Positions 1 to 10,028 of a stretch of DNA of 64,000 nt are shown here, in pieces (positions within the stretch are counted from its first letter, which is position 1; each line of letters begins with the position of its first letter). A program made the translations under genes and the position numbers. Under the pieces are notes generated by a model. It worked only from the letters and a program-made list of their open reading frames with translations, did not search any database and was not told the DNA's origin. Origin of the DNA: a bacterium (lineage in GTDB: Bacteria > Patescibacteriota > Minisyncoccia > Phycocordibacterales > JAKAEA01); the NCBI GenBank assembly GCA_021818465.1, contig JAKAEA010000001.1, positions 41,972-105,971 on the forward strand, read 5' to 3'.

Positions 1-22
1 AACACATCGCTGGTTTTTATTT

Positions 23-1144
23 TTATTTAAAATGCTTGGCTAGTTTTGGACCAACCTGCACAGCGTAATTAGAATTGAGAGCGTCATATGGCTGAAGTGG
101 CAGTTCGATCACCTTTTCAAAACGAATTTTAGCAATAGGCTGACCTTGGCGCACAATCAAATCTTCAAACGGTCGCACCTCCAGCGTCAGTGGCCGGCCC
201 TTACCTTCTCCGCGTTTTCCCCAACCCCAACCCGGATCAATAAAACCGGCGTAGTGAGAGCGAAATTCTCCGGATCGCTCGTCCATCGGTATCATCTCAC
301 AAGCAAACTCTGGCGGCACCCGCACATGCTCGTGCGTTGAGAGAATATAAAATGATCCTTTTTTGAGATATACATAATCACCCCTCTTTTTCACTGGTTT
401 GAAAAATTTTTTTGCATCGTAGAAAGCAATATGGGCCAAATCAACTGTTTGCGCACTAGAAATACCTTCCCACCCCAACACATCACCCTCAAGGTCTAAA
501 GTTAAAATAACAGAACTATCGTGATCGCGCACTTGAATATCGTCATAGCGATACGCCGTCCCCGTTCGTCGCCACAGCAACTTATGTTGCATGAACGCCA
601 CTTCTAATTCAAAGTCATTCAGACGAGTATCGCCATTAAAAAGTCGTAATTGGTTCAATGTCACACCGTTATAGAGTTTGATAGGGAAAGATTTGGGCAT
701 AATAGAAATCCAAATCGTTCCACGAAAACCGGCAGGTAGATAATCGTAGCGAGAAACACCATCCGCCAATAAACGAACATGTACATCAATTCGACCACTT
801 GTTGATTTCGGATTAGCTAAACCGTATACAGCCTCAGGAAGAAGTAAGGTCTCATTAAGACGAATGAGATACATTTCATTACGCTCAAGTGGCTGCGACA
901 AAGAATGTTTCGTTTTATGAATGCGACCAAGCACCCGTCGCACGGTCTCATGAGGCTTCGGTAAGAAAATGCCTTCCACATGATACACCTCATTGGAAAT
1001 TGATAAATCTAAAGATGATGGACGAACATTTTTGAGAAATGCTGTTTTGTCAGCACTTTTTATAAAACCGGCTGATACCAATTCATTCAACAGCTGTGCC
1101 GGCAACGCTCCCCGTTTATCGTTTATTGTGTGTATATCTTTCAT
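23..1144 (-). CDS. long-form dCTP deaminase-like protein (DCD/dUTPase superfamily)
   Basis: About 370 aa with a dUTPase-superfamily GxIDxGW/Y-G motif (GFIDPGWGWG). Size matches the duplicated-fold DCD family. Confidence 0.5.
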   Translation of the reverse strand: MKDIHTINDKRGALPAQLLNELVSAGFIKSADKTAFLKNVRPSSLDLSISNEVYHVEGIFLPKPHETVRRVLGRIHKTKHSLSQPLERNEMYLIRLNETLLLPEAVYGLANPKSTSGRIDVHVRLLADGVSRYDYLPAGFRGTIWISIMPKSFPIKLYNGVTLNQLRLFNGDTRLNDFELEVAFMQHKLLWRRTGTAYRYDDIQVRDHDSSVILTLDLEGDVLGWEGISSAQTVDLAHIAFYDAKKFFKPVKKRGDYVYLKKGSFYILSTHEHVRVPPEFACEMIPMDERSGEFRSHYAGFIDPGWGWGKRGEGKGRPLTLEVRPFEDLIVRQGQPIAKIRFEKVIELPLQPYDALNSNYAVQVGPKLAKHFK

Positions 1145-1221
1145 ATCATCAACTAGCCCAACCTCGCCATAATAGATAATAATGCCACAAAAGTAAAACC
1201 CCGCCGCAGCGGGGTTTTGTG

Positions 1222-1833
1222 TTATATATCTTTTATCATCTGATCAATAACAGCACCATCAACATAAATTCTGAATATTTCTTTTGGATGATAACGTGTT
1301 CCTTCGATAAACATGTGGTCTGAGGTCACTTTAAGCTTAAGGGAGTAAAAACAGGGCGCAAATTCAAAAGTAGATATTGAAACTGGTGGTTTTTCGCACA
1401 ATATCCACTGATCTGGTTTTCCACCAATACTGAGCGAATCTCGCATAATAACTCGAGAATAATGGAACGCAATGATATGACGTGTACTTATTGTCACCCG
1501 ATTAATAATGCCCGCCATTTCATACGGTACAAATACATTATTAATTTCTTTTCGAGGCCGTACGAACGTGACGCAAAGACCTTTAAGTTCGGAAAAAAAA
1601 TCTTGAATAAATCTTTCCCAAAAACGGAGTCGGCAATACTGTACACTTTGTGTGGCACCACATGCGTTCGTAAACACCATTTTATGAAGGTTGCTATTGA
1701 ATCTGTGTCTATTTTTTTTAAACCAATTTTGAAGATGCGTCTTTTCTATCCCATTATGGGATGATACTCCAGACATATAAACCCCTTTCTTGTAAAAGAA
1801 CTGTTTTGTATACCTACTCACAGTGCACACCAC
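1222..1833 (-). CDS. hypothetical protein, occupying the position where rplA normally follows rplK
   Basis: 203-aa ORF with no recognisable motifs. The true start is probably an internal Met. Confidence 0.3.
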   Translation of the reverse strand: MVCTVSRYTKQFFYKKGVYMSGVSSHNGIEKTHLQNWFKKNRHRFNSNLHKMVFTNACGATQSVQYCRLRFWERFIQDFFSELKGLCVTFVRPRKEINNVFVPYEMAGIINRVTISTRHIIAFHYSRVIMRDSLSIGGKPDQWILCEKPPVSISTFEFAPCFYSLKLKVTSDHMFIEGTRYHPKEIFRIYVDGAVIDQMIKDI

Positions 1834-1848
1834 CGTGGGTTGGGTGAC

Positions 1849-2271
1849 TTATTTTACCTCAACACCCATAGATCGGGCAGACCCTTCAACAATACGAATT
1901 GCTGCTTCAAGTGAAGCGGCATTGAGATCAGGCATTTTCTTTTCGGCAATTTGTTGCGCTTGAGCTTTGGTAATAGAACCGATTTTGGCTGTATTAGGTT
2001 TACCCGAACCCTTCTCTTTACCCATGACTTTCAAAATAAGAGCGGACATCGGTTCAATTTTATAGGTAAGTGTATAGCTACGATCATCGTACACAGTGAC
2101 AATTGTTGGTACTGTTTCGCCGACACGCTGTTTTGTTTCATCATTAAAACGCTTGACGAATTCACCAATATTAATACCCGCTGAACCAAGAGCCGGACCC
2201 AGCTGCTGTCCCGGTACAGCTTTGCCGCCCGGAATTTGAAGTTTTAATTGTTTGACGATTTTTTTAGCCAT
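1849..2271 (-). CDS. rplK: 50S ribosomal protein L11
   Basis: Start MAKKIVKQLKLQIPGGKA and a PALG motif, as in the L11 family. Synteny with nusG-secE. Confidence 0.92.
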   Translation of the reverse strand: MAKKIVKQLKLQIPGGKAVPGQQLGPALGSAGINIGEFVKRFNDETKQRVGETVPTIVTVYDDRSYTLTYKIEPMSALILKVMGKEKGSGKPNTAKIGSITKAQAQQIAEKKMPDLNAASLEAAIRIVEGSARSMGVEVK

Positions 2272-2301
2272 ACGCTTGTTACGAGATTGTGCTAGCCTAC
2301 C

Positions 2302-2847
2302 TTATATTTTCTTTACTTGCAAGAAGTCCAATTCAACCGGTGTTTCTCGGCCGAACATATTAACCAACACCTTAATTTTACCGCGCTCTTCATCAACCTC
2401 ATTCACTCGTCCTTCAAGTTCCTTAAATGGACCGTCTACAATAGTAACTCGATCATCTATATCTAAATTAATAGCATGTTTGGGCGTCTCGGCATTCATT
2501 CGCGCAAAGAGTGATTCCACGTCAGCCTTGGGAATTGGTACGGGGTACACACCAGAACCAACGAAGCCGGTCACGCGCGGCGTGTTACGCACCACATACC
2601 AACTATCATCGGTCACCACCATTTCCACCATAATATATCCGGGATAAATTTTTTCTTCTTCTTCTGTGCGCTTGCCAGCCTTAACTTTAATCTTCTTCTC
2701 AGTTGGCACAATCACATTAAAAATTTTATCTTGCATATTGAGCGACTCGATGCGCTGACGCAAATTGCGCGCAACAGCGTTCTCGTACCCAGCATAGGTA
2801 TGAATCACGTACCAATTTCGTCCTTCGCCAATAGTTTGTTTTGACAT
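2302..2847 (-). CDS. nusG: transcription termination/antitermination factor NusG
   Basis: NGN domain (WYVIHTYAGYE) plus a C-terminal KOW (GPFKELEGRV). Sits between secE and rplK. Confidence 0.9.
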   Translation of the reverse strand: MSKQTIGEGRNWYVIHTYAGYENAVARNLRQRIESLNMQDKIFNVIVPTEKKIKVKAGKRTEEEEKIYPGYIMVEMVVTDDSWYVVRNTPRVTGFVGSGVYPVPIPKADVESLFARMNAETPKHAINLDIDDRVTIVDGPFKELEGRVNEVDEERGKIKVLVNMFGRETPVELDFLQVKKI

Positions 2848-2856
2848 AGCGCAAGT

Positions 2857-3042
2857 TTAGAAATGAGCGAGTAAAAACTGCAACGCTTTGGAAAAAACGT
2901 AATCAAGTGCTCCAAGATACGCCGCAATACCAAGAGAAATACCAATAACAATAGCGGTATATATAACAGTTTGCCGACGGGTCAACCACGAGACATGTTT
3001 GAGCTCTGCTTGTGTTTCTTTAAGAAATGTTCCCAGTCCCAT
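2857..3042 (-). CDS. secE: preprotein translocase subunit SecE
   Basis: 61-aa single-TM protein with an amphipathic N-terminus, directly upstream of nusG. Confidence 0.8.
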   Translation of the reverse strand: MGLGTFLKETQAELKHVSWLTRRQTVIYTAIVIGISLGIAAYLGALDYVFSKALQFLLAHF

Positions 3043-3066
3043 ATGTGTGTATTAATTTTTGTTATT

Positions 3067-3086
3067 AAAAACCGCCCCGCGGGCGC
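3067..3086 (-). terminator. rho-independent terminator after the SIMPL gene
   Basis: GC hairpin cgcccgcggggcg followed by a U-run on the minus strand. Confidence 0.5.
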
Positions 3087-3128
3087 TTATGCGGATATAC
3101 TAGCACGCCCACAAGAATTGTCAATTGA

Positions 3129-3911
3129 CTACTGGATTTCGTAGGTAATGGTCACGTTATCGGTAACAGTATTTTGGCCAGTAGGGATAGGTGGGGTCGG
3201 CGATGCGGACGTGGAAGCAGCGGCTGCCGCATAGTAGAGAGGTCGTGGCGTATTATTTGATTCTTGAAAATTCGTAATCATACCTAGGTGCACACCGAGT
3301 TGCTGAGCAAGCGTTGCCGCCTTTTGTTGCGCATTGGCGATAGCTTGAGCTCGCGCCTGATCACGCACGGCATTGGGATCACTTTGCGTAAAGGTAATTC
3401 CACTGACATTGGTAATACCTAAATGACCAATCGCCTGCAGTAATTGACCAGTAGTAGAAGCGGTTTGCACTTTTACACTAACGGTTTGCGAAACTTCGTA
3501 GCCATCGAGCGTTTGACGAATCGGCGGACAACCATTGAGTGGACAGACGGTAGGTTGCGAAGAATATGTGTAGTGCGGACTGATAGAGTAATCGGTAGTT
3601 TGTAAGTCCTTATCGGCAACACCAGCATTTTTCATTGCGGCTAGGGCTTTAGTCGCGAGTGTGCTAGCAGCGTCCTGTGCGGCGGCGACTGTAGCAGCAG
3701 TTGTATCCACCGTGAAAGAAAATTGGGCTATATCAGGAATGGCTGTGGCCGTCCCCTCTCCAGAAACAGTGATGGTGGGAACGTTGGCAATAGTAGGTGT
3801 CGCGCTCAAACTGGAAAAAACACTGACAGCCACAGCAAGTAGTGCAAGCGATGCACATACAAGAAAAATAATAAGCACACTGCGAATAGTTTTTGACTCT
3901 AAAATGGACAT
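3129..3911 (-). CDS. SIMPL-domain (DUF541/YggE-like) periplasmic protein
   Basis: N-terminal TM segment and the typical SIMPL pattern (VSGEGTA...IPDIAQF...). Confidence 0.65.
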   Translation of the reverse strand: MSILESKTIRSVLIIFLVCASLALLAVAVSVFSSLSATPTIANVPTITVSGEGTATAIPDIAQFSFTVDTTAATVAAAQDAASTLATKALAAMKNAGVADKDLQTTDYSISPHYTYSSQPTVCPLNGCPPIRQTLDGYEVSQTVSVKVQTASTTGQLLQAIGHLGITNVSGITFTQSDPNAVRDQARAQAIANAQQKAATLAQQLGVHLGMITNFQESNNTPRPLYYAAAAASTSASPTPPIPTGQNTVTDNVTITYEIQ

Positions 3912-3940
3912 AGTAATAGATTACATTGATATGACCAACA

Positions 3941-4600
3941 TTATACCACGGACATATGACAGTGCAGGTGACGATAACTTGCAATAAGAAGTGTTAATAC
4001 ACTCATACCAAACAGCCATCCACCCACCACATCAGTCAGCCAATGAAAATCTAGTGCTATGCGCGAAATGCCAATAGCCACAATAAGAGCGACGGTCGTT
4101 ATTGCAATAAGCCAGCGCGCGAGCGGGCGATGTAGGTGATGCCAGAGTACGTAGCCAGCAAAACCATAGAAGACAACACTGATGAATGCGTGGCCGCTCG
4201 GATAACTTGCGCCCAGGCGACTAAATGAATACAACATTTGATGCGGTCGCGCTCGATTAAAAAAATCTTTTCCAGCAAACACGAGATCGACACCGAGCAC
4301 CAAACCAATAAAAAACAGAGCGGCCACAAGACGTTCTCGAATACGTAGTAGCACAAACAGCGCAATAAAAATAAAAAGAATTATATTAGTCGGATTGCAC
4401 AGACTGGTAACAAAAACGAGTGCGGCAAGAAGGGGTATGGAAAATGGACCGCCGGAAAATGACGACGTTGCATGATCAAGAGTAATGAGTGCTGGACACG
4501 TATGAGCATCAATACACCAACCGCCAGCTAAAAATAGTGCGAGAGGCACCGTAACTAAAACCCCGAAAATACTTAGTGCTAAAGTTTTTTTCATACCCAC
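3941..4600 (-). CDS. PAP2-family phosphatase (undecaprenyl-diphosphatase-like)
   Basis: PAP2 motifs KDFFNRARP, YPSGHA and SRIALDFHWLTD. Multi-TM. Confidence 0.7.
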   Translation of the reverse strand: MGMKKTLALSIFGVLVTVPLALFLAGGWCIDAHTCPALITLDHATSSFSGGPFSIPLLAALVFVTSLCNPTNIILFIFIALFVLLRIRERLVAALFFIGLVLGVDLVFAGKDFFNRARPHQMLYSFSRLGASYPSGHAFISVVFYGFAGYVLWHHLHRPLARWLIAITTVALIVAIGISRIALDFHWLTDVVGGWLFGMSVLTLLIASYRHLHCHMSVV

Positions 4601-5478
4601 GAAACGCGAGCAAAAATACCGGCTGGCAAAAGACGAGCATTGACACCTGATTCGGCGATAGTTAATTCCCCCATTTCTAACGCACCGTCCTCAAAAAATC
4701 CAGCGAGAGCGTTGGCGTAGGCAATCGCTGAGTAGCCAGCGGCATAGCCGTTCACTAAAAAGAAAATCGGCCGAGCTGATAGCGCTTGTCGACACTCCTC
4801 GAGCAAGTGTAAAAAATCGTCCTCAATTTTCCACACCTCACCTTTAGGCCCGCGTCCAAAAGCAGGCGGATCCAAAATGATACCATCGTACCGGCGGCCA
4901 CGACGTATTTCTCGCTTCACAAACGCCCGCGCATCATCTAAAATCCAACGAATAGATGCGTCACCCATCCCCGAAAGCGCAGCATTCTCCCGAGCCCAGT
5001 TAAGAGCGGCGCGTGAGCCATCTAGGTGCGTGACCTCGGCACCGGCGGCGGCAGCGGCTAATGTTGCTCCACCGGTATAACCAAAAAGATTTAGAATCGA
5101 AACTTTTTGCCCACTCCGAGAAATTTTTTTACTCAGCCATTGCCAATTGGCTCGCTGCTCCGGAAACAGTCCTGTGTGCTTGAACGACGACGGTCGTATC
5201 AAAAATTTTACATCAGCAAACGAAATTGGCCACTGCCGCAATACCTGAGCTCGAAATTTCCACCGCCGTTCTCGCACATCAAAAATCCCGTCTGCCTTCG
5301 TCCACTCCCCCGGAACGCGCTTGGGCCAAAGCGCTTGTGGATCCGGCCGAGCCAATAGCATGTCTCCTAGTCGCTCTAATTTTTCACCCGCGCCGCTATC
5401 CACCAACGCATAGTCGGCCTCCGGTTCAGTAACGAGAATTTGAGGATTCATCTTAGCTATTATACACGACGCGGCCAC
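4591..5478 (-). CDS. class I SAM-dependent (rRNA) methyltransferase
   Basis: Rossmann SAM-binding motif LNLFGYTGGATLAAAAAG and a DPPAF motif, as in the RlmI/RlmK family. The gene is locally GC-rich. Confidence 0.6.
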   Translation of the reverse strand: MAASCIIAKMNPQILVTEPEADYALVDSGAGEKLERLGDMLLARPDPQALWPKRVPGEWTKADGIFDVRERRWKFRAQVLRQWPISFADVKFLIRPSSFKHTGLFPEQRANWQWLSKKISRSGQKVSILNLFGYTGGATLAAAAAGAEVTHLDGSRAALNWARENAALSGMGDASIRWILDDARAFVKREIRRGRRYDGIILDPPAFGRGPKGEVWKIEDDFLHLLEECRQALSARPIFFLVNGYAAGYSAIAYANALAGFFEDGALEMGELTIAESGVNARLLPAGIFARVSWV

Positions 5479-5520
5479 TAACCTCCGGAATTTTAAAATC
5501 CAAAAGTTACAAAGTAGTGT

Positions 5521-6807
5521 TTAATGTTCTACTTGTTTACCAAGGGTAACCTTAACAGTTTTTTGTGCACCATTGTGAAGAACAGTCAGAGTCACCGTGG
5601 CACCAACCTGCTCAGCACGAGTAAGATCGGTCAAATTGACATTGTTAGTGAGTTTAATGCCATTAAAATCCAGGATGATATCACCTGCAGCAAGACCGGC
5701 TGTAGCGGCTGGTGAATTTGGTACAACGGCAGGTTGATTACTGCCACTACCAGCCACAATAAGTGCACCGTAGGTCACAGAAAGTTTTTTATCTTTTGCC
5801 AGTGTTGGGGTGACCATAACATAACGCACACCCATATACGGAAATGTAATCGTGCCATTGGCTTCCACCGAGGCCACCGCTTCTTTAAGCATATTGCCCG
5901 GCAAAGCAAAACCAATACCCTGCGACCCTTGAGCAACAGCAACATTAACACCGATAACTTTCCCTAAAAGATCCAGAAGCGGACCGCCAGAATTGCCAGG
6001 ATTTATAGCGGCATCAGTTTGAATAACTTGCGGCAGTGATTCGGTGCCACCAGTGGCAGCGTCAGCAGCGGTAATAGAGCGAGATAAACCCGACACAACG
6101 CCTACCGAAACAGTATTCTGAAACTGACCGAGAGCATTACCAATAGCAATAACACTTTGCCCGAGTTGTAACTGACTGGAATTATCAAACGTTAAATAAG
6201 GGTACCCCGTTCCGGAAATTTTAAGAAAAGCAATATCGTCAGTGGAATCTTGTGCAATCACTTTTGCAGTATGCGACTGACCATCGTTTGTATAGACAGT
6301 GTACTCGGCATTCGGATCAGAAACGACGTGATCATTTGTGACTATGAGACCATTTGAGGACACAAAGAAACCTGAGCCGCCACCAACTTCCTGTTTTTTA
6401 GTACCCGATTGATAGTATTGCGGCACCTGCACAGAAAAACCACCACCATTACCAAAAAATCCAAAAGGATTAGGAATTTGTTCATTTTGAATATACTCCT
6501 TAAGAATGGGAACATTTTTTGTAATAATAATAGAAACGACAGCTGGATTAGCTTTTTTTACCGCAGCAATTACTGCTTGATCGTGAGATTGAGCTAACGA
6601 AATTGGTGTAGCCACGGGGTGAATATAGTTTTCAATTGCACCTCGATTTATGTAGGCAATACCGGCAATAATTGCCAATATAACTATAGTTACGCCAGCA
6701 TTAATACCGAGCGTCGCAAAAAAACGGCCAGTAAAAAAGGGGTGCTGCGAGGGTGACTCGACCGGAAGATCGTTGGGTAGTTGAGAAAGATTTTGTTGTT
6801 CATCCAT
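5521..6807 (-). CDS. htrA: HtrA/DegP-family serine protease with PDZ domain
   Basis: Catalytic GNSGGPLLD motif and the full catalytic triad context. N-terminal TM, C-terminal PDZ. Confidence 0.85.
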   Translation of the reverse strand: MDEQQNLSQLPNDLPVESPSQHPFFTGRFFATLGINAGVTIVILAIIAGIAYINRGAIENYIHPVATPISLAQSHDQAVIAAVKKANPAVVSIIITKNVPILKEYIQNEQIPNPFGFFGNGGGFSVQVPQYYQSGTKKQEVGGGSGFFVSSNGLIVTNDHVVSDPNAEYTVYTNDGQSHTAKVIAQDSTDDIAFLKISGTGYPYLTFDNSSQLQLGQSVIAIGNALGQFQNTVSVGVVSGLSRSITAADAATGGTESLPQVIQTDAAINPGNSGGPLLDLLGKVIGVNVAVAQGSQGIGFALPGNMLKEAVASVEANGTITFPYMGVRYVMVTPTLAKDKKLSVTYGALIVAGSGSNQPAVVPNSPAATAGLAAGDIILDFNGIKLTNNVNLTDLTRAEQVGATVTLTVLHNGAQKTVKVTLGKQVEH

Positions 6808-6842
6808 AGGTTGTGTTGTATTTTTACTTTTATTTAAAAAAA

Positions 6843-7346
6843 TTACGGATGCAAGAAGAAAAGCTGGTCAAAGCCTGCATATTGTACGGTTGATGTTGCC
6901 CGAAGGGTGCAGATATCAAAAATTTTCTTAGTCGCGGGCACGAACGCTTGCAGGAGACGATTACGAGCAAACACAGTCGGATTCACAGCCATCGTGCTCG
7001 ACGCTCCCACCAAACCTAAAATGGTCTGAGCTTGTTGGTAATTTGTCGTGGTAGCAAACACAACAAGAATGGTGTTGGTGGCAATAGAACCAGCGGCAGC
7101 TTGGGCTTGAGTAGTTACATCACTCTCACATTTTACAAATTCTGCGGATGACAATGATTGAGAATGGTGCGTTAACGATACTGGCGGAACTTGGCGAACA
7201 CTATGTGCTGGCACCTGCTGTGAATGGCCAATAGTAACAAGCCCTGAAAACACAAGAGCTGCACACACAAGAGCAACACACACTACTACAAGTACGATGG
7301 TCAAGAGTATGGCGCGTGTGGGTGTAGAAGATTTATTTTTTTCCAT
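6843..7346 (-). CDS. hypothetical membrane-anchored protein
   Basis: N-terminal TM segment and low-complexity sequence. Confidence 0.3.
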   Translation of the reverse strand: MEKNKSSTPTRAILLTIVLVVVCVALVCAALVFSGLVTIGHSQQVPAHSVRQVPPVSLTHHSQSLSSAEFVKCESDVTTQAQAAAGSIATNTILVVFATTTNYQQAQTILGLVGASSTMAVNPTVFARNRLLQAFVPATKKIFDICTLRATSTVQYAGFDQLFFLHP

Positions 7347-7926
7347 AAAATTTTATACGAAACCAACCTAGAGCAACTGGTATGAGCGACACGATGATGA
7401 TGGCCAGTATGATAAATGATGTGTAGTGTCGAACAAAAGAAATTTGTCCAAGATAAAAAGAGAGAATGAGAAAACCAAGTGTCCAGAGTATGCCACCGGC
7501 AATATTATACAAAAGGAAGACCGTGTATTTCATCTCACCAATACCAGCAAAGATTGGTGTAAATGTCCGCACAATCGGCACAAAGCGAGCTAAAAATATT
7601 GCCGGGCCACCATAGCGAGCAAAGAATTTTTCTGTATCATCCAGATATCGTTTTTTAAGAAAACGACCAGTGTGTCGTTCTAAAAAATGTCTACCGAACT
7701 CACTGCCGGTCCAGTAACCGAGCGAATCCCCCGCAATGGCAGCGAGCGCCGCCAGCGGCAAGAGGATAGCAAGATTGAGTTTGCCGGCGCTCGCCAAAAG
7801 ACCAACCGTAAAGAGTAGCGAGTCACCAGGCAAGAAAAATCCCAAAAAAAATCCCGACTCGGCAAAAAGAGCAATAAAAACGCCCACATAACCAAACGCT
7901 AAAATAAACGATAGTAACAACGACAT
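7333..7926 (-). CDS. DedA/SNARE-associated family membrane protein
   Basis: VTT-domain pattern (GDSLLFTVG...RFVPIVRTFTPIFAGIGEM). Confidence 0.7.
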   Translation of the reverse strand: MSLLLSFILAFGYVGVFIALFAESGFFLGFFLPGDSLLFTVGLLASAGKLNLAILLPLAALAAIAGDSLGYWTGSEFGRHFLERHTGRFLKKRYLDDTEKFFARYGGPAIFLARFVPIVRTFTPIFAGIGEMKYTVFLLYNIAGGILWTLGFLILSFYLGQISFVRHYTSFIILAIIIVSLIPVALGWFRIKFYGKK

Positions 7927-8648
7927 TATTTAAAACGACGAGCCATAACAATAGCCAACAAAAGTGCTGCTGTTGTTAATGACATAATAGGAATGGTCAC
8001 ATAGCCAAAATCCACAAAATATGTTTTAGCACAGGAAACACCGGTAATATTACAAGCGGCCAAGGCACCGGCATTAAACGTCGCTCCATAATACTGAAAC
8101 GCACTAATTAAAAAAGTAGCTACAGAAAGAACACCACTTATAGAAAACACTGGACCGAGGGGCTTACCGCGCCGTTCATACATAAGCGCCATAAAAAAAA
8201 TGATGACTTGCGGATATATAAAGATTCGCTGCCACCAACATAGCTCGCACGGCACAAACCCAACTACATTTGAAAAAAAGAGACTGCCCAAAACAGCTAG
8301 TGTACTTACAATGAGACCAAGACCTACAGCATTAGCACCAACCCAACTTACTAACGGACGAAATGGTTCAGCGGCACGAGCGTTTGCTGCAGTACCTACA
8401 CCATGCGACTGTGCACGCATACGCCACCCCACATACCATATCCCCAACCATACAACCAAAAGCAGTATGCCGATATCAGCAATCAGTGTTAGTAAAGAAA
8501 ATAACGTGGTTATGAAATTAAACAAGGGCGACATATATTTTATGACGACACAGGTGACGTTGCAGGTGACGTTGAGCCAACAATAGTTGCTTGCGAAGCA
8601 CCAAATGAACTGGGAGTAGTTGATGCAGCTGCAGATGGTAGTGGACAA
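7926..8648 (-). CDS. disulfide bond formation protein DsbB/BdbC-like (probable start about 8534)
   Basis: Polytopic membrane protein with a PCELCWWQR CxxC motif in the first periplasmic loop. The ORF's 5' end overlaps the upstream gene, so an internal Met is the likely start. Confidence 0.55.
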   Translation of the reverse strand: MSTTICSCINYSQFIWCFASNYCWLNVTCNVTCVVIKYMSPLFNFITTLFSLLTLIADIGILLLVVWLGIWYVGWRMRAQSHGVGTAANARAAEPFRPLVSWVGANAVGLGLIVSTLAVLGSLFFSNVVGFVPCELCWWQRIFIYPQVIIFFMALMYERRGKPLGPVFSISGVLSVATFLISAFQYYGATFNAGALAACNITGVSCAKTYFVDFGYVTIPIMSLTTAALLLAIVMARRFK

Positions 8649-9037
8649 CCTGTTTCCGCGGAAAGCTGGGCGAGTGTTTGCACACCCTCTACACGTGTTC
8701 CATTAGCAAAAATCCAGGTAGGATATTCTTTAATCCCCTCATTAATACACACTTGCGTTTGACCATTAGCATCCGGTGTTGAACATTCGACGTATGGCAA
8801 CTTTGAAACGGCCGCACCAAAAAGAGCTTTTTCCGCCTGACAATGCGGACACCAAAATGCACCGTAAAACTTAGCGCCACTATTCGTAAGACACTGGGCA
8901 AACGCGGTTAAATTAGGACCACGAGAAGACGACGACATAAAACTTGTAAGGGTCACCACACCCGCAACAACAATAATAAGTATAATTATGAATATAATGA
9001 TGGTCTTGTTTTGCATACGGTAGATTTTTACACGCAC
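8540..9037 (-). CDS. thioredoxin-fold thiol-disulfide oxidoreductase (CPHC), membrane-anchored
   Basis: WCPHCQ active site, N-terminal TM, Ser/Thr-rich tail. Immediately upstream of the DsbB-like gene. Confidence 0.6.
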   Translation of the reverse strand: MRVKIYRMQNKTIIIFIIILIIVVAGVVTLTSFMSSSSRGPNLTAFAQCLTNSGAKFYGAFWCPHCQAEKALFGAAVSKLPYVECSTPDANGQTQVCINEGIKEYPTWIFANGTRVEGVQTLAQLSAETGCPLPSAAASTTPSSFGASQATIVGSTSPATSPVSS

Positions 9038-10011
9038 TACCCATTAACGCAAGCGTTGAAAGCTTCTACTTGTTGGTTATATACGGCAATTTCCGCTTTA
9101 AGACGCGTAACCACGCCATTATAGATATCAACATCATCGTTATAATGTTGAGCAATTTGATTGTAAGTACTGTTCTCATTAGGTGTACCAGTAGCGGTGG
9201 CAATAAGTGCTTGCTTAATAGAATCAAGCTGTTGACTTAAATCAGTGGCCTTTGTTTGGTTAGCGACAATAGCTTGGCGCAAACGACTATCAATTTGAGG
9301 ACACGATGAGAGAGGTTTTCCAAATTCTTGCACAGCCATCCACACTTCCTGTCCTTTATACATTCCCTTTCCCACCGCCACGCCAATATTCGTGTAGCGA
9401 TCGTTAAGAATGTTGGCACGATGTCCCGGACTCGCCATCCAAGCATCCATTAAATTTTGCGTGCTCATGAAATCCCCTTCTGCTAAATTTTCCCCTTCCA
9501 CAACATAGTTGTAACCAGCTTCAATAGCCAAGTCGCCTGGACCCACACCACTCGGTGAAATGTGTGCAAAATATTGTTCTTTAAAAAGATCATTCAGTTT
9601 TATTGCGGCAGCGGCATCAAGTAACACATTTTCTTGCAGCGGTGGTAACCCGGCAACATTTGCCCGTTCCATATTAGTTAAGACAATAATTTCAGTGGCA
9701 GTGATAACACTAGATTTTGCTAATGCAGTAGCTGTTGATGTGGCATTAGCGGTCGCCGCATTGGTGCTTGTAGCCGCCAACTCGATTGGCGTTGTAGAAG
9801 CGGGCGCAAAATTTGTTGGTGTACCCCACAGTGCTCCCACAATGGGCACCCTAGCTAATGCTCGTGTCAGCACCGGACCCTCAATGTGATCGACAATTAT
9901 GCCAGCCAAAAGAAGTCCGAGAATACTAATATATATAATGCTGCGAATCTTATGCATATAAAGAATGTACTCGGTGTAGTACGAACGAACTAGCTCTAAT
10001 AGTTCGCACAA
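9037..10011 (-). CDS. CAP/SCP-domain secreted protein (YkwD-like)
   Basis: SPGHRANIL motif and C-terminal Cys residues. N-terminal TM/signal. Confidence 0.6.
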   Translation of the reverse strand: MCELLELVRSYYTEYILYMHKIRSIIYISILGLLLAGIIVDHIEGPVLTRALARVPIVGALWGTPTNFAPASTTPIELAATSTNAATANATSTATALAKSSVITATEIIVLTNMERANVAGLPPLQENVLLDAAAAIKLNDLFKEQYFAHISPSGVGPGDLAIEAGYNYVVEGENLAEGDFMSTQNLMDAWMASPGHRANILNDRYTNIGVAVGKGMYKGQEVWMAVQEFGKPLSSCPQIDSRLRQAIVANQTKATDLSQQLDSIKQALIATATGTPNENSTYNQIAQHYNDDVDIYNGVVTRLKAEIAVYNQQVEAFNACVNG

Positions 10012-10028
10012 TACTATACAACCAAGTA

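Noticed and set aside
2252-2647. Plus-strand 131-aa ORF antisense to nusG (and similar antisense ORFs at 146..340, 1951..2184, 12953..13471, 30171..30452, 30687..31175, 39008..39487, 39999..40580, 42918..43241, 44203..44508, 59293..59883)
   Set aside because: They lie entirely within well-supported conserved genes on the opposite strand. Composition is typical of shadow ORFs.
3043-3128. tRNA-Trp expected upstream of secE
   Set aside because: No cloverleaf-compatible sequence is present there. The region holds only the terminator hairpin of the upstream SIMPL gene.
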